A stretch of 63,949 nt of DNA, counting the filler, from Barthelona sp. PAP020 (Eukaryota), in the NCBI GenBank assembly GCA_040182905.1. It is 6 parts of 6 records of this genome, joined end to end, with 100 filler letters (N's around TTAATTAATTAA, not from the genome) between each part and the next. Parts side by side here need not be neighbours in the genome. Positions count along the whole stretch, not along the records: positions 44,097 to 54,690 come from JARQWU010000396.1; 5 more parts are not named here. The stretch is one strand, 5' to 3'. Below are positions 44,097-53,659 of the stretch, one piece after another. Each line of letters opens with the position of its first letter. Position 1 is the stretch's first letter. The position numbers and the translations under genes are program-made. The notes beneath the pieces were generated by a model. That model worked only from the letters and a program-made list of their open reading frames with translations, had not been told where the DNA came from and did not search any database.

Positions 44097-44167
44097 GAAA
44101 TTTGCTAGAATGAGTTTTCTGAGTTTACTTTCTTTGTAAATAAATATAGTTGTTTCACAACTGGACC
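44097..44167 (+). repeat. Interspersed repeat, 3' end at contig start
   Basis: GAAATTTGCTAGAATGAGTTTTCTGAG...CACAACTGGACC is nearly identical to 40639-40709. Confidence 0.9.
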
Positions 44168-44484
44168 AATTTAATAAAATAGATATTTGTTCTAGCGCAA
44201 GAAATATTGTGCATATAAATAAAAAAGAAAGAAAAGTCCTTATTTATTTATTATGTATACTTTATTATTAATTATTCTTTCGATATAAATTATGGATTGT
44301 TTATTTATTTATGAAACCCTTGGGAAAGGTTACCAATTGTGAGAAGAAGAGAACAAAGAATGTATCTTTTGGGAAACATAAGTTTCCCCTTTCATTATCT
44401 TTAAAGCAATGTGTCTTTTTCCAAAAGACAGCGACAGATCACCCTGCTCAATCTTTTTAGAAAAAAATTAAAAAAAAACACATC

Positions 44485-46599
44485 TCAATTTACACTGTCA
44501 TGTTTTGCAAAAATTGCTTTAAAACTCTTTCCAGACAAAAAATATTTGTGCAAAGGACCAAAATATTCTTTATTAGTTGTATTCAAACTTTCTAATGCTT
44601 GCAAATGATTCAAAAATCCCAAGTAAGTTTCCTTAAAATCTTCCAAAAAGATTTGATAAAGTTCTAAATATAAATCCTCATTATAGCAATACAATTTCAT
44701 GTCGTTCAAAAAAGAAATGCAAATGTTTTCAAAATTTTCGAAAATTTCAAGAAGTAATTTTTCCAAAAGTTTATTATCTCTGTTAAAATTATTGGTTAAA
44801 CGAATTTTACCAATTATTTCAGGATAAAAGATGTGTAAAAATTTGTGGAGATTCTCTTTGTATAGTGTCAATAGAAAAACTTCAACGATTGAGTCTTTTT
44901 GTAACAATTTAATGTTTTGCATAAAAAAATGAAGACAATTTGTCAAATACAGACTATTACTCGATTCTGGAGGTAGAAGTAGACCATTCACTTTGATTTC
45001 AAGCAATAACAGTTTGAACTTTTTTATAAATTCAAACATATGTTGTTGAAGCAGGGGAATACAATTGATAGATTGATAATTTTTTGAATTAATGATAACC
45101 TGCATTGACGAAATAAATTGTGCAAGATTTAAAAAGGAAGGGGATATATAATCTTTTAATTGCTGAGGGTTTGACACGATTATGTTTTTTTCTACTTCAA
45201 AAGTGTCCATGATCAAGCTTAAATGATGGTTTAAATATGAAAAATTATCTTGTAAAAGATTGCTCCAGGTTTCATTCAGATTAAACGTCCTGAGGGCATG
45301 TTCAAAAAAATCACCTGTTATTACAGAGATAATTAAAAAGGAAACAACGTTTTGGGTGTTGCCAAGAATAGTTTTCAAAAAAATTCGTACATCATCAAAA
45401 ACCCGATCGATTATTTGGTCAAAATATGTATCACAATCATTGTTAAAGTATATATTAACAAACGAATACAACTCATTAAATATTATGTACAAGTCTCTTA
45501 AATAAAGATAGACTATTAAAGGGGAATCGAACATTTGTGAAGTAACATAATGCTTAGATTGAGAAAGAAACTCTCCTTCATTAATATCCTCTATGTCTTT
45601 CCAAGAATCGTAACTTGGAAATCCCCTTGATTCCAAAACAAATTCATTGTCATATCTTTCACTCTTGGCGAAAAATTTAAACCCGCGTTTTAACTCGTAC
45701 CCATTTAATCCGATGTTTTTCCGGGGTTGATGTTTTAATTTTAGCAATTTACCAACCTCTCGCATGTAGGAATTAATTGCTATGCCGCTTATCTCAACAA
45801 AATAACCAGTGATATCATGATACAGACTGATATGTTGTCTCAAAGAATTCATTAAAGGAAAATAGGGCAATAAAACATTAAGCATCTGTTTTGTTGGGGA
45901 TTTCGGATATTCAACTTGGACTTCTTTTTTAAAAAGACCAATGTAAAGCTTAACTATTCTGCTAGACGATATTTCTCGCAATCTCGTCGCTTCTGGTAAA
46001 ATTTCATTAAAGGCTTTCACTTCCAATTCTTTCCATGGACCTTCTAAAGAATCAAAAATGTTTTCTAATCGTTTTAAACAAGCTACATAATTTGTAAAAT
46101 ACAATTGCTCGTTAGCACCTCCAATTGGGCTTCCTATGGGTCTATGTTCCAATGTAATAATCATATCTTCAGTAATAACAACTGAAGATAATAATCGATG
46201 AATTGTAGGATAAAGCTTAGACCTATTGTCTAATTGAATTTTAAATTTAGAAGATTTTGATTGTAAGGTTCTCAATTGTTCACTAATTCGTTTTAAATCG
46301 TTTTGAAAGGTTTCAAATACATGGGAAGTTGATTTTAACTCATCTATTATTTGGTTCGATTTTTTATAAAACCTAACATATTGTGAAGCATTCTTTATAA
46401 TATTATTTAAACATTCATCAGTTAAATCTTTAATTTTTTGATCTTTTTCTCGTTTAAATGAATGAATATCATTATTTTTTAATTCAGCCATTATCGTTGC
46501 AAATTCATCTAAACCTTCTTCCAATTCCGTAAAATCTATATCTTCAGTGGAAATATTCACTTCACCCCACATATGATCATTTTTGTTTGGTTCACTCAT
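44485..46599 (-). CDS. VPS52: GARP/EARP subunit Vps52-like
   Basis: FETFQNDLKRISEQLRTLQSKS....IQLDNR and AFNEILPE..RLR match the Vps52 N-terminal region; C-terminus divergent. Confidence 0.75.
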   Translation of the reverse strand: MSEPNKNDHMWGEVNISTEDIDFTELEEGLDEFATIMAELKNNDIHSFKREKDQKIKDLTDECLNNIIKNASQYVRFYKKSNQIIDELKSTSHVFETFQNDLKRISEQLRTLQSKSSKFKIQLDNRSKLYPTIHRLLSSVVITEDMIITLEHRPIGSPIGGANEQLYFTNYVACLKRLENIFDSLEGPWKELEVKAFNEILPEATRLREISSSRIVKLYIGLFKKEVQVEYPKSPTKQMLNVLLPYFPLMNSLRQHISLYHDITGYFVEISGIAINSYMREVGKLLKLKHQPRKNIGLNGYELKRGFKFFAKSERYDNEFVLESRGFPSYDSWKDIEDINEGEFLSQSKHYVTSQMFDSPLIVYLYLRDLYIIFNELYSFVNIYFNNDCDTYFDQIIDRVFDDVRIFLKTILGNTQNVVSFLIISVITGDFFEHALRTFNLNETWSNLLQDNFSYLNHHLSLIMDTFEVEKNIIVSNPQQLKDYISPSFLNLAQFISSMQVIINSKNYQSINCIPLLQQHMFEFIKKFKLLLLEIKVNGLLLPPESSNSLYLTNCLHFFMQNIKLLQKDSIVEVFLLTLYKENLHKFLHIFYPEIIGKIRLTNNFNRDNKLLEKLLLEIFENFENICISFLNDMKLYCYNEDLYLELYQIFLEDFKETYLGFLNHLQALESLNTTNKEYFGPLHKYFLSGKSFKAIFAKHDSVN

Positions 46600-46849
46600 A
46601 ATTAAAAAGAATAATTTTGTCTCCTTTTTACAATATATTCTTTTCTTTTGAAATATTTCAAAAAATTAGTCTTAGATGGTATGATTACAATTGATTACAA
46701 TTGTTTAAAACTAAAAATTGATTCTTTTTCCATTTACTCAAAAATATTTTTTTTCCTTTTTTTTTGTGTTTTTTCTTTTTCTTTGAAAAAAAATCTTGTA
46801 AAAAAAATTGAATAAAAAATTATGAAATACACTTTATTCGATTTTTGTA

Positions 46850-48328
46850 TCATTTATGAATAGCAATACCTTTTACATCAAGAGCTGCTTCTTTAACAGC
46901 TTCAGCAAATGTAGGATGTCCATGACAGGTGTGAATAAAGTCGTCCAAGTTCATTTTATTATGAACAGCCAAACAAGCTTCATGAATAGCCTCAGATGCA
47001 ACAGATGATAACATGTGAGCTCCAATTATTCTATGTTCATCATCAGTTAATATTTTGATTGATCCATCTGTTTGTCCAACAGCTTTTGCCCTTGAATTAC
47101 CGGTCATACTAAAAGTACCTTTGTGATAAGGAATTCCCAATTCTTTGGCATCTTCTTCAGTCAATCCAACACCAGCAAATTCTGGTTGAGTGTAAATAAT
47201 GCTTGGAATTGCGTCATAATTAACGTGAGCATCATCAATCCCACTTATTTGCTCAATAAGAACAACGCCTTCTTCTTCGGCTTTGTGAGCAAGCATAGGA
47301 CCTTTTATACAATCACCAATGGCAAATATACCAGGAACATTGGTTTCATAGTGTGCATCAACTTCAAATTGCCCCCAACGATTTTTGTTAATGTTCAACT
47401 TTTCATCTTCAAGACCTTTTGAATATGCATGCCTTCCAATTGCTAATAACACGCAATCAAAATCTTCTTGAACGATTGAACCATCCTTTACGCCTTCTAA
47501 AGTACAATGAGCGATGTCTCCATCAATTTGAGCGTTTGAAAGTTTAGTAGTTAATCTGAACTCAATTCCCTGCTTTTTAAGATAATCTTCCAATTGGTTA
47601 CTCAGTTCCAAATCCATACCTGGAGTAATTCTATCACCATATTCAACAACAGTCACTTCACTTCCTAAACGTCTCCAAACAGAACCTAACTCCAATCCAA
47701 TTACTCCAGCACCAACAACAAGTAATTTTTTGGGAATTTTACGAAGCTCTAAACCACCTTTATTAGTGACGATAACTTTTTCGTCAACTTCAATATTTGG
47801 CAATACATTAGCACCAGACCCTGTAGCAATTACAACGTTTTTTGCATTAATTTGTGTTTTTTCGCCATTTTCATCAGTAATTTCAACAGTATTCTTGTCA
47901 ACAAAACTAGCCATTCCTTTAAAATGATCAACATCATTTTTTTTAAATAGATAATCGATTCCTTGACTCAATTGACGAATAGCACCATCTTTTTGTTTGT
48001 GCATTTTGGTTAAATCCATTGCGATATCTTTAATAATAATACCATGTTGTTTTCCATGCTGCTTGGCTGTTTCAAATATTTCAGAAGAATGCAATAAAGA
48101 TTTCGAAGGGATACAACCTTCATTCAAACAGGTACCTCCCAATTTTTTTCTCTTTTCAATACATGCAGTCTTTAATCCTAATTGTCCCGCTCTGATGGCT
48201 GCAACATAACCACCCGGACCTCCACCAATAATACATACATCATATTCTTTGTCAGTTTGGGCAATTCCCCTTATTATGTTTTCGCAAATTTTGTTTTTAA
48301 AACCTGTTAAAAAGTTAGCTCCCAACAT
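46850..48328 (-). CDS. DLD: Dihydrolipoamide dehydrogenase (glycine cleavage L protein/E3) with putative organelle leader
   Basis: GGGPGGYVAAIR..QLG, GGTCLNEGCIPSK, GAGVIGLELGSVW.RLG, GPMLAHKAEEEG, HPTFAE; ~22-aa leader from ATG 48328. Confidence 0.95.
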   Translation of the reverse strand: MLGANFLTGFKNKICENIIRGIAQTDKEYDVCIIGGGPGGYVAAIRAGQLGLKTACIEKRKKLGGTCLNEGCIPSKSLLHSSEIFETAKQHGKQHGIIIKDIAMDLTKMHKQKDGAIRQLSQGIDYLFKKNDVDHFKGMASFVDKNTVEITDENGEKTQINAKNVVIATGSGANVLPNIEVDEKVIVTNKGGLELRKIPKKLLVVGAGVIGLELGSVWRRLGSEVTVVEYGDRITPGMDLELSNQLEDYLKKQGIEFRLTTKLSNAQIDGDIAHCTLEGVKDGSIVQEDFDCVLLAIGRHAYSKGLEDEKLNINKNRWGQFEVDAHYETNVPGIFAIGDCIKGPMLAHKAEEEGVVLIEQISGIDDAHVNYDAIPSIIYTQPEFAGVGLTEEDAKELGIPYHKGTFSMTGNSRAKAVGQTDGSIKILTDDEHRIIGAHMLSSVASEAIHEACLAVHNKMNLDDFIHTCHGHPTFAEAVKEAALDVKGIAIHK

Positions 48329-48699
48329 TTTTGAAACCGTCAAGTTTATAGGAATAGAAATCAAAAAAATTTCTTCAATTGTCAACAAATTTTTATTGAA
48401 TTTGTAATTTGTAAATAATATTATTATTTCCATTTAGTCGAGATAAGAGATAATATTTGAAGGAAAAATTATTATTCCAAAACACTTTCAATTGTGATTC
48501 TTTTTTGATTTTTTTTTTATACACTTCATAAATGATTGGTTGTTAACTTATTTTGTTTTGTTGGAAGATTCAGTAAAAATTTTGAGATGGAATTATACCA
48601 TCAAGAATTAAAGAAACCGAAAATATTTTCTCTCAGAAACGAATTCAACTGTGAAAAAAAATCCCTCTTTCTTTATCTTTTTTTTATTTTTCTAAAAAA

Positions 48700-49284
48700 A
48701 TGGTTTTTGAAATTAAGACTGAATTATTGACACCATTAGAGAATGGTGTTCCTGGAATTTCTGCTGAAATGATGCAACAACATTTTGGTTTATATCGTGG
48801 ATATGTTACTAACGCTAACACTTTGTTACGTGAATTGCATGAAGAAAGAACTTCAACTCCCAATGGCCTTCAATTAGCAGACCGTCGTAGACGTCTTGGT
48901 TTTGAATTGAATGGTGTTGTTCTTCATGAACTTTACTTTGAAAATTTGACACCCAACGCTGTTGTCGTTCCTTCTAAGCTTTCTGATATTGTTGCTGAAC
49001 AATTTGGAAGTTTCGAAAATTTTGAACATCATTTCAAACATGCCATGGGTACGAGAGGTATTGGTTGGACAGTTGCTTATATGATCCCTGAAACACGTGA
49101 AATTTATATTGCTTTTGTTCAAGAACATCAAAATGGTATTCCTACAAATCACATTCCTTTGCTTGTTATGGATTGTTGGGAACATGCTTACGTTTTAGAC
49201 TTTGGTGCTGGTGGAAGAGGTGCATATTATCAAAAGTTTTGGGAAGCTGTCAACTGGAACGCTGTTGAAGCCAGACTCCCTTAA
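48700..49284 (+). CDS. Fe/Mn superoxide dismutase, bacterial-type
   Basis: Metal ligands H (QQHFGLY), H (GVVLHELYF) and D-x-x-E-H (DCWEHAY); QFGSFE, GW, VNW. Confidence 0.9.
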   Translation: MVFEIKTELLTPLENGVPGISAEMMQQHFGLYRGYVTNANTLLRELHEERTSTPNGLQLADRRRRLGFELNGVVLHELYFENLTPNAVVVPSKLSDIVAEQFGSFENFEHHFKHAMGTRGIGWTVAYMIPETREIYIAFVQEHQNGIPTNHIPLLVMDCWEHAYVLDFGAGGRGAYYQKFWEAVNWNAVEARLP

Positions 49285-49458
49285 TGATTATTGTCACGTT
49301 TGTAAAAGTTATTGTGAATAAATAGTATTGCTGTGTTTATTATTTTGAAAAGATTTTTGTTTTACAATGGTTCTTTGAGAAAGAATCTCATCAAAACAAA
49401 TAATTTTTCAAAAAAGCAAACAAGAAAACATTAAACATTTTTCGTTTTATATTTTGTC

Positions 49459-50238
49459 ATGAGTTCAAAGAGTTTTTACGTATTAAAGTGTTCTAAAGCC
49501 AATGAAACATTGGAGATGTTGGTTGTTGAACCTCATTTGGTAGGTGATTACAAGAAAGGTGAAATTGAAAAATCCAAGGTCTTGTATTCAGAAGATATAT
49601 TTATTGATGCAAAAAAAGGAGATAGAGCATCACAAAGTCAAATTTTAGCTGTTTGTGGTTCTGAAGAGCCTATTGAATATATTTTACAGCATGGTCAAGC
49701 AGCTTTAAGCACCGCTGAACAACGAATATTGAGAGATCAAATGTTTAGTAAGGTTTTAAATTATTATCATTGTTATTATTTGGATCCTCAAACTAATAGA
49801 CCTCAACCACTTCCTTTGTTGGAAGATGCATTGAAAAATTGTCGTTTTCAACCTGATATATATTCCAGTGTTGCATCAAATGCTACATCTATTGAATCTA
49901 AAATGAAATTACAATTGGCCCTTCATTACACAGAAATGGAAGCAGATATTCTTGTTCCTTACATTCATACTGGTAAAGTTGATAGTTCTTTGAGAAATTT
50001 TAATTTAAAATTGAAAGGCGTTGAATATGGAGACACTCATCAAATATATTCAATTACCGTTATACCCGGAGAGTTTGATAATCTCATTGGTACTTTGGGA
50101 AATCTTACAGGAGGAGATTTTGTGTTAAATTTGGTAGGTGACTCATCAAAACAGGAAAATGAAGAAATTGCCGGCAAAACTTCCCGTGCAAAAAAAGGAA
50201 AGAAAAAAGTTGCAAAGAGAAGCAAGAAAGCTAACTAA
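49459..50238 (+). CDS. SBDS/Sdo1-family ribosome maturation factor, archaeal-like motifs
   Basis: IFIDAKKGDRAS, IL.HG...STAEQR, DPQTNRPQP..LEDAL, I.PG.F; basic tail. Confidence 0.82.
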   Translation: MSSKSFYVLKCSKANETLEMLVVEPHLVGDYKKGEIEKSKVLYSEDIFIDAKKGDRASQSQILAVCGSEEPIEYILQHGQAALSTAEQRILRDQMFSKVLNYYHCYYLDPQTNRPQPLPLLEDALKNCRFQPDIYSSVASNATSIESKMKLQLALHYTEMEADILVPYIHTGKVDSSLRNFNLKLKGVEYGDTHQIYSITVIPGEFDNLIGTLGNLTGGDFVLNLVGDSSKQENEEIAGKTSRAKKGKKKVAKRSKKAN

Positions 50239-50313
50239 TTTATAATTTTGAATAACTATTTTGTAAACAGATGAAATTCAGAAATTTGTATATTTTTTTT
50301 TTTGAATACACTT

Positions 50314-50934
50314 ATGGTTCCTTTGGCTCAAAATTGCGAAGAAATTATTCCAAATTTATATTTAGGATCTATTGATGCAACATATGGTGGAAAACGAAGT
50401 GAAGTAGCTGAATTAGGAATAACTTATATTCTCAATTTAACACATGGTTTTGAGGGTGCTATGATTGATTTACCGATAAAAAAGAAAAGAGTTTCAATTT
50501 CTGATGATTCAAAAGCGGCTTTAAATCAGTATTTTGAAGAATGTGCTGAATTTATTGATGAGGGAATTTCCCACGGTAAAAAAGTTTATGTACATTGTAA
50601 TCGTGGTATTTCAAGGTCTTCCTCTATTGTTTTAGCTTATTTAATTCTTAAAAAAAATATGACGTTAAAAGAGGCTTTTGAGTTAACCAAATCAAAGAGA
50701 CCAATTATAAATCCAAATACCGGGTTTTTTCGTCAATTAATTAATTTGGAAGAAAGGATACATGGTATTAATACGCTCTCTTTGCTTGATTATTCTTTGT
50801 CATCTTTGAAGGAGCTAATTCCTGATGAAGATGAAAACGTCTTAAGGAACGCATTGGAGGAATGTGATTATGAAGTTCATTTGGCTATGTTTAATGTTTT
50901 TTCAAACAAAGACAATGATGATGATTTTATGTAA
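50314..50934 (+). CDS. Dual-specificity protein phosphatase with short C-terminal UBA/CUE-like segment
   Basis: EIIPNLYLGS, VYVHCNRGISRSSS (HCx5R), AYL, RP.I.PN.GF..QL. ATG 50314. Confidence 0.9.
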   Translation: MVPLAQNCEEIIPNLYLGSIDATYGGKRSEVAELGITYILNLTHGFEGAMIDLPIKKKRVSISDDSKAALNQYFEECAEFIDEGISHGKKVYVHCNRGISRSSSIVLAYLILKKNMTLKEAFELTKSKRPIINPNTGFFRQLINLEERIHGINTLSLLDYSLSSLKELIPDEDENVLRNALEECDYEVHLAMFNVFSNKDNDDDFM

Positions 50935-51071
50935 TTCTTATTTATAAATTTAGCTCATATTTCTTTGTTGTTTGTTTGTTGTATTTGTTTAAAAATCAAC
51001 AAAAAAATATCAGTAGAGTTTTTTTTTCTTTATGATTAAGGTTACATTATTTTTAGATGTGCACTGTAATT

Positions 51072-51329
51072 TTATTCTATAAGACGCATTTCTGAACTTC
51101 GGTTGTTTAGTATTTTCATTAGATTGTTTGGTATGTCCACTAAGTCTTGTATATTAATGGGAGTTTGACATTTTGGACAAAATTCAATTATGTTGTCCAT
51201 GTTAAGGACACAATTACTACAAAATATGTGTCTGCAACTGATTGACATTTTTGTTTTTTCTCCATTAGTTGGTAGTTTTCCACATATTGCACAATGTAAA
51301 CTTGATGGTATTTTAAATTCTCTTTTCAT
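51072..51329 (-). CDS. Small RING-HC finger protein
   Basis: CAIC...CRHIFCSNC...CPKC. Confidence 0.75.
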   Translation of the reverse strand: MKREFKIPSSLHCAICGKLPTNGEKTKMSISCRHIFCSNCVLNMDNIIEFCPKCQTPINIQDLVDIPNNLMKILNNRSSEMRLIE

Positions 51330-51498
51330 ATTAAAGATTCTTATTTATGAAAAGTTAAATTATTCTGTAGAATTGTTGATTTTACTGTAAAATTTCCCAA
51401 CTCATTCAATGATTGTATAAATATTGAGAACCCAAGTATTCTGTCTTCTATTAATTATTGTTCTGATTCCAAATTGTGTTTGGATATAGGAAAAAAAA

Positions 51499-52299
51499 AT
51501 GTCAACATCCCGATTTTGTACCTTTTGTCAAATGTCAATTGATGAAGATGAAACGTTAAGGTGGTTAGATCTTCCATGTGGCCATACTTTTCATAGTTCT
51601 TGTCTTTTGCGTTGGTTTCACTATAATCATTATAATTGCCCTAACTGTAATCAAGATTGTCAAGGTATTTGCTTTCACCCTAATACAAAAGAGCATTTTG
51701 ATGTATCAAATAAATTATGGCAGATATCTAACATTGCTATGACAACTGCCCCTTCCCCAAGAAATTTTAGCATGTTAAAAGCGTATGGTTGGTATAATAT
51801 TCAATTATCTGTGTTACCTCCTCCATATGTAAAGAAAATTGAAAGAGTTAAATATGTATTACACCCTGCATTCAGTGCAAGTAGAATTGATTTGAAAAAA
51901 CCACCCTTTGATTTGCTTGTTAAGTTGTGTTCAAATGCAGTTGTAGTTGTCATTCAGATCTATTTTATGAATAATGAAGATAAACAAGAAACCTTTTCGC
52001 TTTGTCATTCAATGGAGAAAACGACTTGTGTAAAGAATTATTATGAAGGATTATTTAATGGTAATGGAGAAGGTTCTGAGGAATTAACTCCAAACGAACA
52101 TTTTTCGCATTTGCTTGATCTATATAGACGTCCTGAAGACTATTATGCTTCACCTTTAAATAATGTATCATCTAAAACAGTTATTTCATCGAATCAAGAT
52201 GATGATGCAAACAGAACAGAATTGCATACTGATTCTGCTTCCAATCCTAGCCTTGTTAAAAAATTCTTTAAGTTCTTTCAACATGACAGAGAAAATTAA
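51499..52299 (+). CDS. RING-H2 plus YEATS-like domain protein
   Basis: CTFC...CGHTFHSSC...CPNC; IERVKYVLHPAF...KKPPF...IQIYF...H matches the YEATS fold. Confidence 0.75.
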   Translation: MSTSRFCTFCQMSIDEDETLRWLDLPCGHTFHSSCLLRWFHYNHYNCPNCNQDCQGICFHPNTKEHFDVSNKLWQISNIAMTTAPSPRNFSMLKAYGWYNIQLSVLPPPYVKKIERVKYVLHPAFSASRIDLKKPPFDLLVKLCSNAVVVVIQIYFMNNEDKQETFSLCHSMEKTTCVKNYYEGLFNGNGEGSEELTPNEHFSHLLDLYRRPEDYYASPLNNVSSKTVISSNQDDDANRTELHTDSASNPSLVKKFFKFFQHDREN

Positions 52300-52478
52300 T
52301 TTGTTTATTGTTTATTGTTGTTTGAACAACATCTATTTGCAAAAATATCATAAATATCAATAGTTTTTTTTGCCTGCATTTTTTTTTCATATTTTTTTTT
52401 TTCATTTTTTAATTTTTCTTGTTTCATTGAACAATATCAGAAAAAAAATATATATTTTCAATCTATTTTTACGACAAA

Positions 52479-53477
52479 TTAGGGATAATAAGCAGAATTT
52501 CCACCATTGTTACTCATGGCTCTCATTTGTTGAATTCTTGTTTGAGTAACAACCAAACTTAGTACAATTAAAATAATGAACAATAAATCGAAAAAACTGA
52601 AGGAAGAAGGAGAATAGATAAGGCAAACAATTATTGACAAAGTTAAAACAGGCCCTAAAATAAGCCACATATTAACTGGAGGAAAATCTCCGTATTTACA
52701 CATTGCAAGAATGTAGGAAAGGAAAAAGAAAAAGATAATACCTGCATGAACACCATACAACATTTGTTTGATACTCACATAACCAGAAAAGACAGAACCA
52801 ATGGTCATTACAAATACAGTGATTAACCCAAAAGCAGTTAAAAATCGTTCAATAATCCAAGCTTTTTTTTCATTTGGTACTGTGAATCTGGCTTTCATAT
52901 CATGGCTTTCTTCTCTTGCTCTCATGACAATATAATCGCTGCTTAAAAACACATAGATACCAACAGCAATAGATAAAGGAACAGAATTGTAAAATGTAAG
53001 TGAACAAGTTGAATCTTTTAAAAGTGTTGTCAAACCACTTGTCACCATTCTCAACGCAAATAACAATAAAATAGCAAATGAAAAGTCAATAGAAATTTGA
53101 AAAGTACAACAACTTAACATGCTTAAAGTATTTTCGGGTGCAGTAGCAACTGATGCAACAATAGAACATGTAAACCAAACAATATACAGTATTAAAGGAC
53201 CAAATCCATATGCGATAGCATATAAAACACCATTTCTTTCGAAACACTTGTCAAATTGACCACTCAATCCACCAACTATTGAAAGAACAATTAAAACTAA
53301 CCATATTCCAAGTAAAACTTTCCAATAAGATCCCCTAAACCATTCATTATCAACAACTTTGGGAATACTAAAATCGAACCCGTTTCTTTCATTTCCAAAC
53401 GAAATAGGCTCACTGTTTGGTTCATTTCTTCGGTCAATTGGATCATCAAATCCAGCACCACGTCCGGCTCTAACCAT
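52479..53477 (-). CDS. Multi-pass membrane protein (about 8 TM helices)
   Basis: Multiple hydrophobic helices; GYVSIKQMLYG weakly resembles the PAP2 C3 motif but lacks the catalytic His/Arg. Confidence 0.65.
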   Translation of the reverse strand: MVRAGRGAGFDDPIDRRNEPNSEPISFGNERNGFDFSIPKVVDNEWFRGSYWKVLLGIWLVLIVLSIVGGLSGQFDKCFERNGVLYAIAYGFGPLILYIVWFTCSIVASVATAPENTLSMLSCCTFQISIDFSFAILLLFALRMVTSGLTTLLKDSTCSLTFYNSVPLSIAVGIYVFLSSDYIVMRAREESHDMKARFTVPNEKKAWIIERFLTAFGLITVFVMTIGSVFSGYVSIKQMLYGVHAGIIFFFFLSYILAMCKYGDFPPVNMWLILGPVLTLSIIVCLIYSPSSFSFFDLLFIILIVLSLVVTQTRIQQMRAMSNNGGNSAYYP

Positions 53478-53659
53478 AAATAATAAGAATCAATTGAACA
53501 GAAACCTCGGTAGAAATCTTTTCAGGCCAATTTCTTTGCAAAGAAATAATGCAATACAATCTATTACATATTTTTAATGTTGTTCTGATATTTATAAATG
53601 TATATTATAAAATAAAGATTTTGTTAATTTTTTTTTTTTGAATATTTGACCTGTTAAAA

